Source: a virus (taxonomy: Duplodnaviria > Caudoviricetes). Taken from it: a stretch of DNA of 33,008 bases. The stretch spans positions 1-33,008 of the IMG/VR virus record IMGVR_UViG_3300032216_000376. One strand, written 5' to 3'. This document shows, piece after piece, positions 32,295 through 33,008 of the stretch (the stretch's first letter is position 1; every line of letters begins with the position of its first letter). Under the pieces are notes generated by a model, which was given only the letters and a program-made list of their open reading frames with translations, was not told the origin of the DNA and made no database searches. The position numbers and the translations under genes were made by a program.

Positions 32295-33008
32295 TTACCA
32301 ATCGAACTTACCTAAGATAGCATCTACCTTGGACTTCAATGCGCTTCGTGAGTCTGCATCTTCTTTAATACTCTCTATGTCTGCCCCTAACATTGTTAGT
32401 TCTAGTTGGCGTCGTGCTTCCTCTAACTTTGGGTCGTTGGTCACATTCAGTTTAGTTAGCAGTCCACACAACTCTATGGGGTTAGAGATAAGTGTGTCGT
32501 GGTAACGCTTCTTGGAATCATCGCCCTCAATATCAGTCAACTTCTCTGACATTCCTACTAGCGTCTTATGCAGACGCTCCCACGGCTCACGCATAGCCTC
32601 GGCTAACTTAGTCTCATGTTGCTTCTCGAACTCAGCTCGCATCTCATCTAGGTCATACGCGGGTATGTCCAAGCGAAAGTCACCCGCCTCAGGCACGGGC
32701 TTGACTGTGCGTCTGAAGCCAAACTTCAAGCGCACCTCTTCTACCTCGGGGTAGTCTTCTGCTTTATACATACTGCCTAGGTTGTTAGGTGCATCTATCA
32801 CAAGACGTGGATACTCAACAAAGAAGTTGGTGCACATCATGTTGAATGTCTGCTCGAACCCATTCATGGTCTGCTTGTATTCCATGAACAACTTGGTCGG
32901 CAACATACGCTCACCCTTGTCTGCCCAAGGCAATGTATGCTTGTTGTGATACAGACGAACACGCGCGGCGAAGTCTGATATGTCTTTGCGTAGGCTAGTC
33001 CCCGCAAA
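32295..33008 (-). CDS. Conserved phage early protein (DUF3150-like), 5'-truncated
   Basis: The frame is open to the window end (FAGTSLRKDISDFAARVRLYHNKHTLPW...). Motifs TLPW.DKG.R.LP, LG.MY..EDYP, PVP..GDFR and LNVTNDP.L. Confidence 0.75.
   Translation of the reverse strand, partial: FAGTSLRKDISDFAARVRLYHNKHTLPWADKGERMLPTKLFMEYKQTMNGFEQTFNMMCTNFFVEYPRLVIDAPNNLGSMYKAEDYPEVEEVRLKFGFRRTVKPVPEAGDFRLDIPAYDLDEMRAEFEKQHETKLAEAMREPWERLHKTLVGMSEKLTDIEGDDSKKRYHDTLISNPIELCGLLTKLNVTNDPKLEEARRQLELTMLGADIESIKEDADSRSALKSKVDAILGKFDW

Overview
A 33 kb piece of a tailed dsDNA phage genome, probably podovirus-like with large ejected internal proteins. A freshwater Proteobacteria host is only an inference from gene style. 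There are two convergent arms. The + strand (1-16652) is the end of the virion/late module: a truncated M15 peptidase, a tail hub-like protein, two internal virion proteins flanking a GNAT-like gene, and a 2938-aa polyvalent protein. That protein has an ART-like domain, a zincin, a GHKL ATPase plus second zincin, and a PLxRFG-type C-terminal region. The - strand (16727-33008) is the replication and early module: AEP primase/DUF927 helicase, HTH, SSB-like protein, SNF2 helicase, HNH, Cas4-like nuclease, family A DNA polymerase, VRR-NUC and many small coupled ORFs. No capsid, terminase, integrase, tRNA, rRNA or CRISPR array was seen. The most interesting signals are: (i) two small genes with strong Shine-Dalgarno (SD) sites overprinted in the +1 frame of linkers of the giant protein, each next to an enzymatic domain (candidate built-in inhibitors); (ii) a candidate ~62-nt sRNA whose loop is complementary to an RBS motif shared by several - strand genes; (iii) twin sigma70 promoters with a palindromic operator over the -35; (iv) a structured intergenic element with a possible antiterminator. 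All domain calls come from motif recognition by eye, not database searches.
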